Below, piece after piece: positions 19,894-31,208 of a stretch of DNA of 64,000 nt. Origin of the DNA: an uncultured delta proteobacterium (GTDB taxonomy: Bacteria > Myxococcota_A > UBA9160 > UBA4427); contig CAWGJT010000001.1 in assembly GCA_963822965.1 (NCBI GenBank), positions 1 to 64,000 of the forward strand. The letters are read 5' to 3'. A model generated the notes under the pieces. The model was not told where the DNA came from, searched no databases, and worked only from the letters and a program-made list of their open reading frames with translations. Position 1 is the stretch's first letter. Each line of letters opens with the position of its first letter. A program made the translations under genes and the position numbers.

Positions 19894-22800
19894 TCAGCTG
19901 AGCGCGACGGCGACGAGCTTGCTCACGCCCTTCTGCTCCATCGTCACGCCGTACAGCACGTCCGCCACCTCGATGGTGCGCTTGTTGTGCGTGATCACCA
20001 GGAACTGGGAGTGCTGCGCCATCTCGGTGATCAGCCCGTTGAAGCGCCCGACGTTCGCATCGTCGAGGGCGGCGTCCACCTCGTCGAGCAGGAAGAAGGG
20101 CGAGGGGCGCACCTGGAAGACGGCCACCAGCAGGGCCAGCGCCGTCATCGTCTTCTCGCCGCCCGACAGCAGGTTGACGTTCTGCAGTCGCTTGCCGGGG
20201 GGCATCGCCATGATGTCGATGCCCGCCTCGAGCACGTCCTCGGCGTCGGTGAGCACCAGGCTCGCCTTGCCGCCGCCGAAGAGCCGCGGGAAGTTCTCCG
20301 AGAAGCGCTTGCTCACCTGCTCGAAGGTCTCGCGGAAGCGCCGGCGGCTGGTGCGATTGATGCGCGCGATCGCCTCCTGGAGCGAACGGATGGTGGCGTC
20401 CAGGTCTTCCTTCTGCTCGGACAGGAAGCGGAAGCGCTCGGCCAGCTCCTCGTGCTCCTCGATGGCGCCGACGTTCACGTCGCCCAGGGACTGGACGCTC
20501 CGGCGCACCGTCTCGAGCTCGCGCTTGCGCTCGTCGATGGGACGCCGGGCCAGCTCCGCATTGCGGCGCGCGTCGCGGGCCACGTGCGCCGAGCCCATGC
20601 CCTCGGCGTCCTCGTCCTCGTCGGACGACCCGACCGCCGCGCCTTCGGAGTCGCCCGCCCCACCCGCCTCGGCGCCCTGGGGCTCGGACGGCTCGCCGTC
20701 GGCCTCGAGGGGCGGCAGGATCCAGGTCGCGAGGTCGACGTTCCACTTCTCGCGGATCGCGCCGTCCTGGTGGTCGAGGCGGAGCTGGCTCTCCTTGGCC
20801 GTCATGTCCGCGGCCGCGGCCTCGTCCCGGCGCGCGTTGAGGTTGACGCGGACGTCCCGCACCGCGTCCTCGAGCCCCCGCAGCTCCTCGGCCTCTCGCT
20901 CGTAGCGCTCCCGCAGCTGCTCGCTCTCGAGACGCGCACGCTCCTCGTCGCCGAGCCGCGCGGCGAGCGCCTCCTCGGCCCCGCGCGCCTGCTCGACCAG
21001 GGTGCTCCGACGCTCGCCCGCCGCTTCGATCTCGCGCTCGCGCCGCTCGATCCATTCACGCGTCTCGCGCGCGGCGTGGGCCGAGCGCTCGGCGCTGGTG
21101 AGCAGGCGGTTCTGCTGCTCGACGCGTCCGTTGTGCGCGACCTTCAGCTCGGTGACGCGGGTCTCCAGCCGGGTGAGATCCCGCCCCGCCGCGCTGATGC
21201 GCAACCCGACGGCGTCGAGCGCCCGCTGTCGCTCGCCGCGCTCCACCCGGGCCCGCTCGATGTCCTGCTCGAGCTTCGCCACCTCGACGAGCAGGGCCTC
21301 GCTCTCGGCGAGCAGCTCACTGCGCTCGTCGGAACGCGTCTCCTGCGCTTCACCGAGGGACTTCACGCGCTCCGACGCGCGCTCGAGGTCCTTCTCGTGG
21401 TTCGCGACCGCCAGGGCGGCTGTGTGCTGCCGATTCCGGAGGTTGTCCAGCTCCTCCATCGCCGCGATGCGGTCGGCCTCGGCCTGCTCGCGCGCCGCCT
21501 GGGCGGCCGCGCAGCGCGTCTCGAGATCGCGCGACCTCGGCCTCGAGCTCGCGCACCTCGCGAACGCGGCCCAGCATGCCGCTGGCCACGGATTCGCCGC
21601 CCCCGCGGATCACACCGTCCGGCGACAGCACGTCTCCGCTGCGGGTGACGAACGTGGCGGGCAGCCGCGACGTGCCGCCGTAGACCTCGATGGCCTCGGC
21701 CAGGTCGCCGACGAGGTAGACGTCGCCGAGCAGCGCCCGGGCGATGCCCTCGGAGCCCACCGGCACGCGCACGCGCTCGAGCAACGGCACACCCAGGGGC
21801 ACGATGCCGAGGGAGCTCTGCTCGGCGGGCTCCACCACGAAGACGCCCCGTCCGGCGCCGCTCCGACGCAGCTCCTCGAGGGCGGCCACCGCGCCCTGGC
21901 TGCGCTCGGCGACGAGCGCGTCCGCGCGGTCGGCGAGCACGGCTTCGACGGCGGCCTCCACGTCCGGCTCGCTCTGGATCAGCTCGCGCACCAGCCCCTT
22001 GAGGCCCAGACCGCGGCGGCGCTCCTCGGGCTGGTCCAACAGGTGCCGGGTGGCCGCCGCCACGTCCTCCCGGCTCTCGATCACCTCGGACAGGGACGTG
22101 AAGCGTGCGCGGCGCGACTCGAGCTTCTCTCGCAGGGAGACGAGGTCCTGCACCGCCGTGCGCTCGGCCGCGGTCAAGCGCTCGTGGCGCTGCATGGTCC
22201 GCAGCAGCTGCTCCTGCAGACGATCGCGCTCCTGGAGCAGGCCTCGCAGGCCCTCCTGGAGCTGGCTCTGGTCGCGCCCCACCTCGGTCACCGCGGTCTG
22301 GTTGACCTCGAGCTGCTGGTCGACGCTGCGCAGGCGCTGGTCGAGCACCGACCGGCGATCCGCGGCGGCGGCCAGGCGATCCTCGGCCCGCGCCGTCCCG
22401 GTCAGCACCTCGACGAAGGCGTCGTTGGCGACGGATCGCTCGCGCTCGAGGGCGCGGAGCTGCTCGGCGGCGGTGCGCGCCTCCGCCTCGGCGGCCGCGA
22501 TGGCCTGCTGCTCGCCGGCCAGGGAGGCTTCCAGACGCTCCAGCTCGTCGCGCGCGGCGACGGCCTCCGCCTCGGCGGTCTCCAGCTGCGAGCCCAGCTG
22601 GGCGATCTCCTCCTGCCGGCCCTCGTTGCTCAGGTCGATGCTCTCGCACTCGCGCCGGGAGAGCTCGATCTGCCCCTCGAGCTGCTTGATCTCACTGCGC
22701 AGGGCGTAGAGCGCCTCGGAGGCGCGGCTGACCGCCTTCTCGGACTCGCCGAGCGCCAGCCGACGCTCCTGGATGTGCAGCTCGCGCTCGGCCAGCTGGG

Positions 22801-23588
22801 TCTCCAGAGCGGTGGCCTGGTCGCGCAGCGAGGCCAGCCTGGTGTTCGCTTCGGCGGCGGCCGCTGCCAGCTCGCGTCGCTCGTCCGACGCGATGGACAG
22901 CTCGAGAACGCGCTGGGTCTCCTGCAGGCGCTTGTAGCGCGCCGCCTTGCGGGCCTGGCGCTCGAGGGACGAGATCTGCCGACGGATCTCCCCGAGCACG
23001 TCGTTGACGCGGTTGAGGTTCTGCTCGGTGGAGCGGATCTTGCCTTCCGCCTCGCGCCGGCGGGCCTTGTACTTGCTGATCCCCGCCGCCTCCTCGATCA
23101 GCACCCGGCGCTCTTCGGGCTTGGCGGAGACGATCTCGGCGACCCGGCCCTGCTCGACGATCGTGTAGCCCTTCACCCCGAAGCCGGAATCGCGGAAGAA
23201 GTCGTGGATCTCCCGCAGGCGGCAGGTCGTCCGGTTCATCTGGTACTCGGACTCGCCCGAGCGGTACAGCCGGCGGGTGATCTGGATCTCGTTGTAGGCC
23301 GCGAACTCGGCGGGGGCGCGCCCGTCGGAGTTGTCGAAGGTGAGCACCACCTCCGCCATGCCGATGGGCGGGCGCGACTCGGAGCCCGCGAAGATGATGT
23401 CGTCCATGCCCTTGCCGCGCAGGCGCCGCGGGCGACTGCTCGCCCATCACCCAGCGGATGGCGTCGACGACGTTGGACTTGCCGCAGCCGTTCGGGCCGA
23501 CGACGGCCGTGACGCCATCGTCGAACGTGAACACCGTGCGGTCGACGAACGACTTGAACCCGTGGAGCTGGAGCGACTTGATTCGCAA
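19894..23588 (-). CDS. smc: Chromosome segregation protein SMC, frameshifted at about 23430 and 21530
   Basis: TTG start [23 protein letters not shown], hinge region, [20 protein letters not shown]. Confidence 0.96.
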
Positions 23589-23811
23589 TCGACCCCTCGA
23601 CCCGATCCAGAGCGGATCCATCCCCGAGCAGGCGTCGCGCCTTGCACGACGGCCCCCAGGGCCTCCACCCGGGCCTCCGGCCCGGGCTTGCTACTGGGGG
23701 GACGGGCTGTGGGCGCTTCTCCGTGCGCGGTTGAGTGGAGATGAGGGGGAGTCGACCCCGTTTCTACCACTCCCGGAGGCCCGCCCGCAAGCCGTTCGGG
23801 CCGGGAATGCC

Positions 23812-25722
23812 TCAGCCCGAGGCCAGCGCCACCCGGGCCTCGGACCCCGCCTCGTGCTGGAGCCGGTAGAGCCGGTGGTAGACGCCCTCGGCGGCCAGCA
23901 GCTCGTCGTGGGTTCCCGATTCCACCAGGCGTCCGCGGTGGAGGACGTGGATGCGATCCACGTCCCGGATGGTCGAGAGCCGGTGGGCGATGGCGATGGC
24001 CGTGCGACCCTCGAGGAGCACGTGGATGCCCCGCTGGACCAGCGCCTCGGTCTCCGTGTCGATGGAGCTGGTGGCCTCGTCGAGCACCAGGATGTCGGCC
24101 CCATGGACCAGGGCCCGGGCGAAGGACAGCAGCTGGCGTTGGCCGGCCGAGAAGTTCGTGCCGCGCTCCCGGACGGGGGTCTCGTATCCCTCGGGGAGCC
24201 GCCGGATGAAGGCATCGATCTCCACCGCCCGGGCGGCCCGAACCACCGTGTCGCGGGAGACGTCCGGTCGGCCGAGGGCGATGTTCTCGGCCACGTCTCC
24301 GCTGAACAGGAAGACGTCCTGCAGGACGGTGGCCACCCGGCGGCGCAGGTCGTGCTGGCGCATGTCGCGGATGTCCACTCCGTCGATCAGGATGCGCCCC
24401 CGGGTCACGTCGTAGAGCCGGGTCAGCAGCTTGATGATGGTGGTCTTGCCCGCGCCGGTGGCGCCGACGATGGCCACCCGGTCGCCCGGCGCCACCCGGA
24501 ACGAGACGTCCCGCAGCACCCAGCCGTCGCCGAGCTCGCCCGACTCGCCACCCCCGACGCGCCCCGCGGGCTCTCCCGCGTACGAGAACCAGACGTGCTG
24601 GAACTCCACGGAGCCGCGCCGGACGGGCGCCAGCCCGACGGTCTCGGGAACGGTCACCGCCACGGGCTCCTCGGGATCGGCGACGCCGACCGGCGTATCG
24701 AGCAGCTCCATGATGCGCTCGCTGCTCGCCATCGACGACTGCATCACCGAGTACTTCTGGGACAGGTCGCGCAGGGGCATGAAGAAGCGGCGCGTCCAGT
24801 CGATGAACACGAAGAGCAGGCCGGCCTCGGCCACGCTCACGGTGCCGAACCAGACGATCACCGCCACCGTCAGCCCCTGCGCCGCCTCCACCGACGCGAA
24901 GAGGAGTGCGTCGTAGTGGATCGACTTCTTCCAGGCGTCCCGGTGGCCCGCGTTCATCACCTCGAAGTCGCGCAGGTTGCGGGCCTCGCGCGTGAAGAGC
25001 TGCACCACCTTCATGCCCGTCACCGTCTCCTGGATGTGGGCGTTGATGCGCGCGATGCGCACGCGCACGGCGCGGAACGCTTCGCGCACCTTGAAGCGGA
25101 AGATCACGGCCGCCACGGCGAGCACGGGGACGACCGCGAACACCTTCAGCGCCAGCCGGGGGTCCAGCAGGTAGAGGACGACGGCGATGCCGACCATCTT
25201 GAAGAGGTCGGTGATGAGGGAGACGACGCCCGACGAGAACATCTCCGCGACGTTCTCGACGTCGTTGGTGGCGCGGGTCACCAGACGCCCGACCGGATAG
25301 GTGTCGAAGAACCCGAGGTGCAGGTTCTCGATGTGGGCGAAGACCGCGCGACGCAGGTCTCGCATGGCCGACTGCCCGGTGGTGACCATCAGCACCATGT
25401 TTCCGAACTGGAGCGCCGCCCCGGCGAGGGACGCCAGCAGGTAGAGGCCCGCGAACCAGAGGTAGGGACCGATCCACGAGGGCGGCGCGAAGGCGTGCGC
25501 GATCCAGGCGGTGGCCCCGTCGGGTGCGGTGTCCGTGGCCCGGTCCAGGGCCGTCTTGATCACCCACGCGGGCGCGAGCTCCATGACGAAGATCGGCACC
25601 ACCAGCAGCAGGGTGAGCACGACCTGGACGCGGTACGGCCGCACGTAACGCCACAGGCGCCGCATCAGGTGCAGGTCGTAGGCCTTGCCGATGGCCTCCT
25701 CTTCGTGGAGGTAGTCGCTCAT
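23812..25722 (-). CDS. ABC exporter TMD-NBD subunit with catalytic Glu/His (heterodimer partner)
   Basis: Start [20 protein letters not shown], degenerate signature [17 protein letters not shown]. Confidence 0.92.
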   Translation of the reverse strand: MSDYLHEEEAIGKAYDLHLMRRLWRYVRPYRVQVVLTLLLVVPIFVMELAPAWVIKTALDRATDTAPDGATAWIAHAFAPPSWIGPYLWFAGLYLLASLAGAALQFGNMVLMVTTGQSAMRDLRRAVFAHIENLHLGFFDTYPVGRLVTRATNDVENVAEMFSSGVVSLITDLFKMVGIAVVLYLLDPRLALKVFAVVPVLAVAAVIFRFKVREAFRAVRVRIARINAHIQETVTGMKVVQLFTREARNLRDFEVMNAGHRDAWKKSIHYDALLFASVEAAQGLTVAVIVWFGTVSVAEAGLLFVFIDWTRRFFMPLRDLSQKYSVMQSSMASSERIMELLDTPVGVADPEEPVAVTVPETVGLAPVRRGSVEFQHVWFSYAGEPAGRVGGGESGELGDGWVLRDVSFRVAPGDRVAIVGATGAGKTTIIKLLTRLYDVTRGRILIDGVDIRDMRQHDLRRRVATVLQDVFLFSGDVAENIALGRPDVSRDTVVRAARAVEIDAFIRRLPEGYETPVRERGTNFSAGQRQLLSFARALVHGADILVLDEATSSIDTETEALVQRGIHVLLEGRTAIAIAHRLSTIRDVDRIHVLHRGRLVESGTHDELLAAEGVYHRLYRLQHEAGSEARVALASG

Positions 25723-27557
25723 GCGTCCGCCTCGGGCCGCAGCTCGTCGAGCTCGGCCACCCAATCCCGGGCGCCGGATCCCTCGGACTGCTGCTCCCGG
25801 GCGAGGCGCGCGTAGAATCCGCCCGCCGCGACCAGCTCCTCGTCGGTTCCCTGCTCGACGATCCTTCCCTCGTCGAGCACGACGATGCGGTCGCAGTCGC
25901 GCACGCTCGAGACCCGGTTGGCGACCACCACCACCGTGCGATCGGCGAACACCTCCCGGAGCTGGGCCTGGATGGCGGCCTCGGTCTCCGCGTCCACGGA
26001 GGAGAGGGTGTCGTCCAGGATCAGGATGCTGGGGCGCAGGGCCAGGGCCCGGGCCAGGGCGGTGCGCTGCCGCTGCCCGCCGGAGAGCATCACGCCGCGC
26101 TCTCCCACCACCGTGTCGTAGCCGTTGGGCAGCTCGGCCACGTCCTTGTCGAGCTGGGCGCGAACCGCCGCCCGGCGCACCTCCTCCCGGGTCGCGTCGG
26201 GCACGCCGAAGGCGATGTTCTCCGCCAGGGTCATCGAGAAGAGGAAGGAATCCTGGGGAACCATGGCGATGCCGGCCCGCAGGGTGGCCAGGGGAATCCG
26301 GTTGACGTCGACCCCGTCGAGGAAGAGCTGGCCCGGCTCCACCTCGTAGAGGCGCGGGATCACCGACGCGAAGGTGGTCTTTCCGGAGCCCACGGGCCCC
26401 ACCACGCCCAGGGTGCTTCCGGCCGGCACGTGCAGCCGCACGTCGTGGAGGGCGGGCTCGCGATCGGACCCGGAATAGTGGAAGTCGAGGCCCCGAAACT
26501 CGATCTCTCCCCGCAGCCGCTCCAGCGGCACCACGTCCGCGCGATCGCGGATCGAGGGCTCCACCGAGAGCACCTCGTCGATGCGCTGCATGGCGGCCGC
26601 GCCGCGCTGCAGGAGGGCCACCACCCAGCCCAGGATGAAGGTAGGGAAGGTGAGCTGGTAGATGTACATGGCGTACGTGAAGAAGTCGCCCTTCTCCATC
26701 AGGCCCGCGTGCACCCGGGGCAGACCGACCAGGATCACCATGAACATGGAGACCGAGGGAAGCATGCCCGTGATGGCAGGCATCCCGGCGTTCACCTTCA
26801 CCAGGCTCAGGTGGTTGCGGAAGAGCCCGCGGTTCTTCTCGTCGAAGCGCTCGGCCTGGACGTCCTCCATCGCGTAGGCCTTGACCACCCCGATGCCGGA
26901 GACGGCCTCCTGCACCTGGTTCGACATGGCGGCGAGGCTCTGCTGCACCCCCAGGCTGCGCGCGTGCATGGCGCCGCCGAAGCTGCGCGCGATGAACACG
27001 AAGAACGGATACGGAAGCAGCACCAGCAGGGCGAGCTCCCAGCTCATGGAGAACATGTAGGCGAACGACAGCCCGAACATGAGCGGTGTCTGCAGCACCG
27101 AGATCATTCCCGGCCCGAGCATCAGCCGGACCGAGTTCAGGTCGTTCACGCAGCGGCTCATCAGGTCGCCGGTGTGCCAACGGAAGTAGAACGACTGGGG
27201 CAGGCGCTGGAGGTGCGCGAACAGGTCGTTGCGCATCTCGTACTCGACTTCGCGCGCCGCGTTGAAGATGAGCGTGCGCGAGTAGTACCGCAGCACTGCG
27301 CCGGTGATGGCGACGCCCAGCAGCATCCCGCAGCGCCGCAGCACCTCGTCGCGCGCCACCCCCTCGAAGGCGCCGTTCACCGCCCAGCCCACCAGGGGCG
27401 GCACGGCGGTGAAGGTCACCGCGTAGGCGATGGTGAGCACCGTGCAGAGCACGTAGTAGCCGGCGTTGGCGCGGACATAGCCCCAGAGCCGCCCCAGGGC
27501 GTGCCGCACGGGCGACTCGCCGGGAACCCTCGCGACGGGTGCGACGCCCGCCGTCAT
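25719..27557 (-). CDS. ABC exporter TMD-NBD subunit with degenerate catalytic residues
   Basis: Start [23 protein letters not shown], Walker B ILILDD (E to D), switch VANR (H to N); overlaps its partner by ATGA. Confidence 0.92.
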   Translation of the reverse strand: MTAGVAPVARVPGESPVRHALGRLWGYVRANAGYYVLCTVLTIAYAVTFTAVPPLVGWAVNGAFEGVARDEVLRRCGMLLGVAITGAVLRYYSRTLIFNAAREVEYEMRNDLFAHLQRLPQSFYFRWHTGDLMSRCVNDLNSVRLMLGPGMISVLQTPLMFGLSFAYMFSMSWELALLVLLPYPFFVFIARSFGGAMHARSLGVQQSLAAMSNQVQEAVSGIGVVKAYAMEDVQAERFDEKNRGLFRNHLSLVKVNAGMPAITGMLPSVSMFMVILVGLPRVHAGLMEKGDFFTYAMYIYQLTFPTFILGWVVALLQRGAAAMQRIDEVLSVEPSIRDRADVVPLERLRGEIEFRGLDFHYSGSDREPALHDVRLHVPAGSTLGVVGPVGSGKTTFASVIPRLYEVEPGQLFLDGVDVNRIPLATLRAGIAMVPQDSFLFSMTLAENIAFGVPDATREEVRRAAVRAQLDKDVAELPNGYDTVVGERGVMLSGGQRQRTALARALALRPSILILDDTLSSVDAETEAAIQAQLREVFADRTVVVVANRVSSVRDCDRIVVLDEGRIVEQGTDEELVAAGGFYARLAREQQSEGSGARDWVAELDELRPEADA

Positions 27558-28276
27558 CCGCGCACCCAACGCGCAATCCGGCCGCGATCCACGCCCAGCG
27601 CCCGGGCGGCCAGGGCGAGCTGGTGCCGCGCCACGGTGCGAGCGACGCCGGCCTGCAGGTAGCGGCGGGCGGAGGTGGTGACCGCCAGCGGCAGCACCCG
27701 CAGCCGCCCCCGGGACTTCAGGGCCTTCACCAGATCGAGATCCTCCATGAGCGCCACGTCCGGGATGCCGCCGACCTCCCCGAGGATCTTCCGGCGGACG
27801 AAGATCGCCTGGTCGCCGTAGGGCAGTCCGAGCCAGGCGACGCGCACCCGGACCCCCCACTCGATCCAGCGCAGGGCGAAGCCCGGCTCGGCGAAGCGGA
27901 GCCGGAAGGCGCCCCCCACCACCGCGGGGTCCGCCAGGGTCTCCTCCACCGCCGTCCACCAGCCCGGCGGCAGCCGCGTGTCCGCATGCAGCAGCACGAC
28001 CACCTCACCGGCGGTCGCCTCGACGCCCCGACGCAGCTGACGCGCTCGACCCGGCTCGGACGCCAGCACCCGGGCGCCCGCCGCGGCGGCGCGCTCCGGC
28101 GTTCCGTCGCGACTGCCGCCGTCCACGACCACCACCTCGACATCGGCGCCCGCGACGGCCCCGCCGGCCGGCCCGGGCCGCCGGCCCGTGCTCTCCGGGG
28201 CGGTGACCGCGCTCGCGACTGCGCCGGTGATGTGATGGACCTCGTCGAGCGCGGGAATGATCACCGCGATCTTCAC
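27554..28276 (-). CDS. GT2 glycosyltransferase, TIGR04283-like
   Basis: GTG start KIAVIIPALDE, VVDGGSRDGT, GRARQL, LLHADTRLP, PYGDQAIF, LMEDL, VTTSARRY. Confidence 0.85.
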   Translation of the reverse strand: MKIAVIIPALDEVHHITGAVASAVTAPESTGRRPGPAGGAVAGADVEVVVVDGGSRDGTPERAAAAGARVLASEPGRARQLRRGVEATAGEVVVLLHADTRLPPGWWTAVEETLADPAVVGGAFRLRFAEPGFALRWIEWGVRVRVAWLGLPYGDQAIFVRRKILGEVGGIPDVALMEDLDLVKALKSRGRLRVLPLAVTTSARRYLQAGVARTVARHQLALAARALGVDRGRIARWVRG

Positions 28277-28398
28277 GGGCTCACGATAGCAGGGGCTCCA
28301 GGGCTTCCCCGTCCGGGCGGCGGAAGCACGGGGAGCCGCGCCGGGGCGCCGTCGCTCCGCCCTGCGCCCGACCCCAGCGCTCTGGGAGCCGGACGCGA

Positions 28399-28429
28399 TT
28401 GACAGGCCGGACCCCGCTCCCCTAACTAT
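28399..28429 (+). promoter_or_regulatory. Putative purM promoter
   Basis: Perfect TTGACA at 28399 with an AT-rich TAACTAT 18 nt downstream; the -10 is imperfect. Confidence 0.5.
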
Positions 28430-28435
28430 GCGCCC

Positions 28436-29620
28436 GTGCCCTCCTCCCCGACTCCCGACGACCCGGATGCCCCCGACGGCGGCAGCCAAGGCGGCCGATC
28501 CGCCGGGGCCGGGTCGCGCAAGCGCGCGCCGAAGACCGCCGCCGCCTACGCGCGCGCCGGGGTCGATCTCGACCACGACGAGTCGTTCATCGATGACATC
28601 AAGGAGATCGCCCGCTCGACCTTCCGGCCGGAGATCCTGACGGGGATCGGCGGCTTCGCGGGCCTCTTCAAGGCGCCCGAGCGCTACCAGGACCCGGTCT
28701 TCGTCGCCTCGGCGGACGGGGTCGGCACCAAGCTCAAGCTCGCCGCGCAGATCGGCCGCTTCGACACCGTCGGCATCGACTGTGTCGCCATGGTGGTGAA
28801 CGACCTGATCGTGCAGGGCGCCGAGCCGGTGGTCTTCCTCGACTACCTCGCCATGAGCCAGCTGGACAAGGCCACGGCCACGGAGGCGCTCCGGGGCATC
28901 GCCGAAGGCTGCAAGCGCGCGGGCTGCGCGCTGCTCGGCGGCGAGACGGCCACCATGCCGGGGGTGTACAAGAAGGGCGAGATCGAGCTCGTGGGCTTCG
29001 CGGTGGGTGTGGTCGATCGCGACCGGGTGATCGACGGCTCGACGATCCGCGAGGGCGACACGCTGGTCGGTCTGGCGTCGAGCGGCTTCCACAGCAACGG
29101 CTACTCGCTCGTGCGCCGGGTGCTCGACGAGGGCCTCAAGGCGGGCAAGGTGGACCTGTTCGCCGAGACCCCCGAGATCAACTCCAGCCTGGCCAGCGCC
29201 CTGCTCGCACCCACCCGCATCTACGTGAAGCCGCTGCTGAACGTCATCCGCGAGTTCGAGGTGCACGGCCTCGTGCACGTGACCGGCGGCGGCTTCTCGG
29301 GCAACGTCCCGCGCATCCTGCCCCAGGGGGTACGCGCCCGCATCGACCCCGAGGCCTGGCCGCGCCCCGGGGTCTACCCCTGGATCCAGAAGCTCGCCGA
29401 GCTGCCGGAGGGCGAGATGCTGCGCGTGTTCAACTGCGGGATCGGCATGATCCTGGTCGTCCCCCACGAGCTGGCCGAGGACATCTCTCACCGGCTGCAG
29501 GGCCTGGGCGAGCGCGCCTACATCATCGGCGAGGTGGAGCGGAAGCGCTCCGAGAGCGATCCCCCGATCTCCTTCGATCCGGGCTATCTCGGAAGTCCGG
29601 AGCGGTCCGGGCACCGCTGA
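28436..29620 (+). CDS. purM: Phosphoribosylformylglycinamidine cyclo-ligase (AIR synthetase)
   Basis: YARAGVD, DGVGTK, GGETATMPG, SSGFHSNGYSL, HVTGGG, FNCGIGM. Confidence 0.97.
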   Translation: MPSSPTPDDPDAPDGGSQGGRSAGAGSRKRAPKTAAAYARAGVDLDHDESFIDDIKEIARSTFRPEILTGIGGFAGLFKAPERYQDPVFVASADGVGTKLKLAAQIGRFDTVGIDCVAMVVNDLIVQGAEPVVFLDYLAMSQLDKATATEALRGIAEGCKRAGCALLGGETATMPGVYKKGEIELVGFAVGVVDRDRVIDGSTIREGDTLVGLASSGFHSNGYSLVRRVLDEGLKAGKVDLFAETPEINSSLASALLAPTRIYVKPLLNVIREFEVHGLVHVTGGGFSGNVPRILPQGVRARIDPEAWPRPGVYPWIQKLAELPEGEMLRVFNCGIGMILVVPHELAEDISHRLQGLGERAYIIGEVERKRSESDPPISFDPGYLGSPERSGHR

Positions 29621-31053
29621 TGCCCGCGCTCCGATCCGTCTCCCGGAAGGAGAGGCTCGGTGCGCGCCGCTGGGACGCGCTCGTTCTCGGCAGCGGGCTG
29701 CCCGCGCTGGTGGCCGCGACCCGGCTCGGAATGGCGGGACAGCGGGTGCTGGTCCTGGAGGAGGAGCGCGCGGCGCGGGGATTCCCGGGTCTGCGCGAGC
29801 CCTTCTTCCTGGCGGGCGCTCGCGACCACGGCCTCCTCGACACCCTGCTGCGGGAGCTGACCCTGCCGCTGATCGAGCGGCGGCGGATCGAGAACGAGCA
29901 GCTCTCGCTCCAGGTGGTGGGCCCCGACCTGCGGCTGGACGTCGCGGAGCCGGCCCTGAGCGCGCACGAGCTGGTCGCCTGGGGGCTCGCGAAGCCCGAC
30001 ACCGCCCAGGCGATGGTGCGCTCTCTGCTCGAGGCCTCGGAGGCCGAGCGCCAGGCGATGCTGGCGTCGCCGGTGGTCCGTGTCGGTCGCCGGCTGGCGC
30101 GCGCCCGGCCCGGCACCCAGGGCTCGCACGTGCGCGGCCTCCCGGCCGAGGCGGCGCGTCCGTCGGAGGAGGTGGCCCGCGTCCTGGCGGCCCAGGAGAG
30201 AGCCTTGTCGAACCTGGCGGAGACCCGGCCCAGCCCCGAGGCTCGGGCCCGGCTGCTGGGATCCCTGCTGGCCGGCGGGGCGGGCTTCGGCGGAGATCCC
30301 CCGTGGCTGGCGGGACTCCTGCGACAGCGCGCCGAGTCCGTGCACGTGGAGTTCCGTTCCCTGCGCGGCGACTTCGAGCTGGTGGAGAACGAGGGAGAGC
30401 CCGGCGTGATGACCGGCGCCGGCCAGCTCTGGGTGAGCCGGGCGCTGGTGGTCGCGGCGCCGCCGTCCGCTCTGGCGCGGCATCTCGAAGCGGACGGGGC
30501 GGCGCGCTCCGGGGAGCCGACGAGCTGGCCGGACTTCCTGGACGCGTCCCGCCCGGCGCGCCGCCGGCTGGCCGTACACCTGCGGTGCAGGACCGGCGCC
30601 CTTCCGGAGGGCATGTGGCGCCGGGTCGTGTCGCTGCCGGATCCCGAGGCGGACGACGGCCTGGAGGCGGTCACCCTGTCGCTCTACGCAGCCGCCGATT
30701 CCCCCACCAGCGTCGAGATCGTTGCCAAGGCCCTACTGGCCGGCGACGCCCGGGACTGGAGCCCGGAGGCGATGGCCGCCGAGGCGGACCGCATCGAAGC
30801 CCGGGTGCGCGGGCTGGTGCCCTTCGCCGACAAGCGCCTGGTGCGGAAGCCCGTCGAGATCCCGAGGTGGGACGACGAGGACTGGCTCGAGGACCCTCCC
30901 CCGGGGCAGGGATGGCCGGCGGAGATCGACCTCCGGGTGAACGGCCGCCCGCCGGTGTACCGTCTCGACCGAGCGGGAATCGGAGGCCTGGGGGTGGAAG
31001 GCGATCTTCTCCTGGGCTGGAGGGGCGGCGACGCGATCGCCGCGGAGCTGTAG
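29620..31053 (+). CDS. FAD-binding-fold protein distantly resembling phytoene desaturases, function unknown
   Basis: N-terminal Rossmann-like WDALVLGSGLPALVAATRLGMAGQRVLVLEE; C-terminal GGLGVEGDLLLG; coupled to purM by TGATG. Confidence 0.6.
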   Translation: MPALRSVSRKERLGARRWDALVLGSGLPALVAATRLGMAGQRVLVLEEERAARGFPGLREPFFLAGARDHGLLDTLLRELTLPLIERRRIENEQLSLQVVGPDLRLDVAEPALSAHELVAWGLAKPDTAQAMVRSLLEASEAERQAMLASPVVRVGRRLARARPGTQGSHVRGLPAEAARPSEEVARVLAAQERALSNLAETRPSPEARARLLGSLLAGGAGFGGDPPWLAGLLRQRAESVHVEFRSLRGDFELVENEGEPGVMTGAGQLWVSRALVVAAPPSALARHLEADGAARSGEPTSWPDFLDASRPARRRLAVHLRCRTGALPEGMWRRVVSLPDPEADDGLEAVTLSLYAAADSPTSVEIVAKALLAGDARDWSPEAMAAEADRIEARVRGLVPFADKRLVRKPVEIPRWDDEDWLEDPPPGQGWPAEIDLRVNGRPPVYRLDRAGIGGLGVEGDLLLGWRGGDAIAAEL

Positions 31054-31208
31054 CGGAGCCCGCCCCGCGACGATGAGCGCGATGAAGAACGCGCGGTCGG
31101 CGAGCCGAGCGGGCGAGGCGCACCCGGGGTGGTCTCCGGACGTTTCGAACGAGCCGCCGCGACCAGGCAGGACCCCCCCTCACATTCCCAGGTCGGCGAG
31201 CGCACCCG

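Noticed and set aside
23812..27576. 1254-aa ORF suggesting a fused full-length ABC transporter
   Set aside because: The first half is an Arg/Gly-rich shadow frame of the upstream ABC gene; the real gene starts at 25722.
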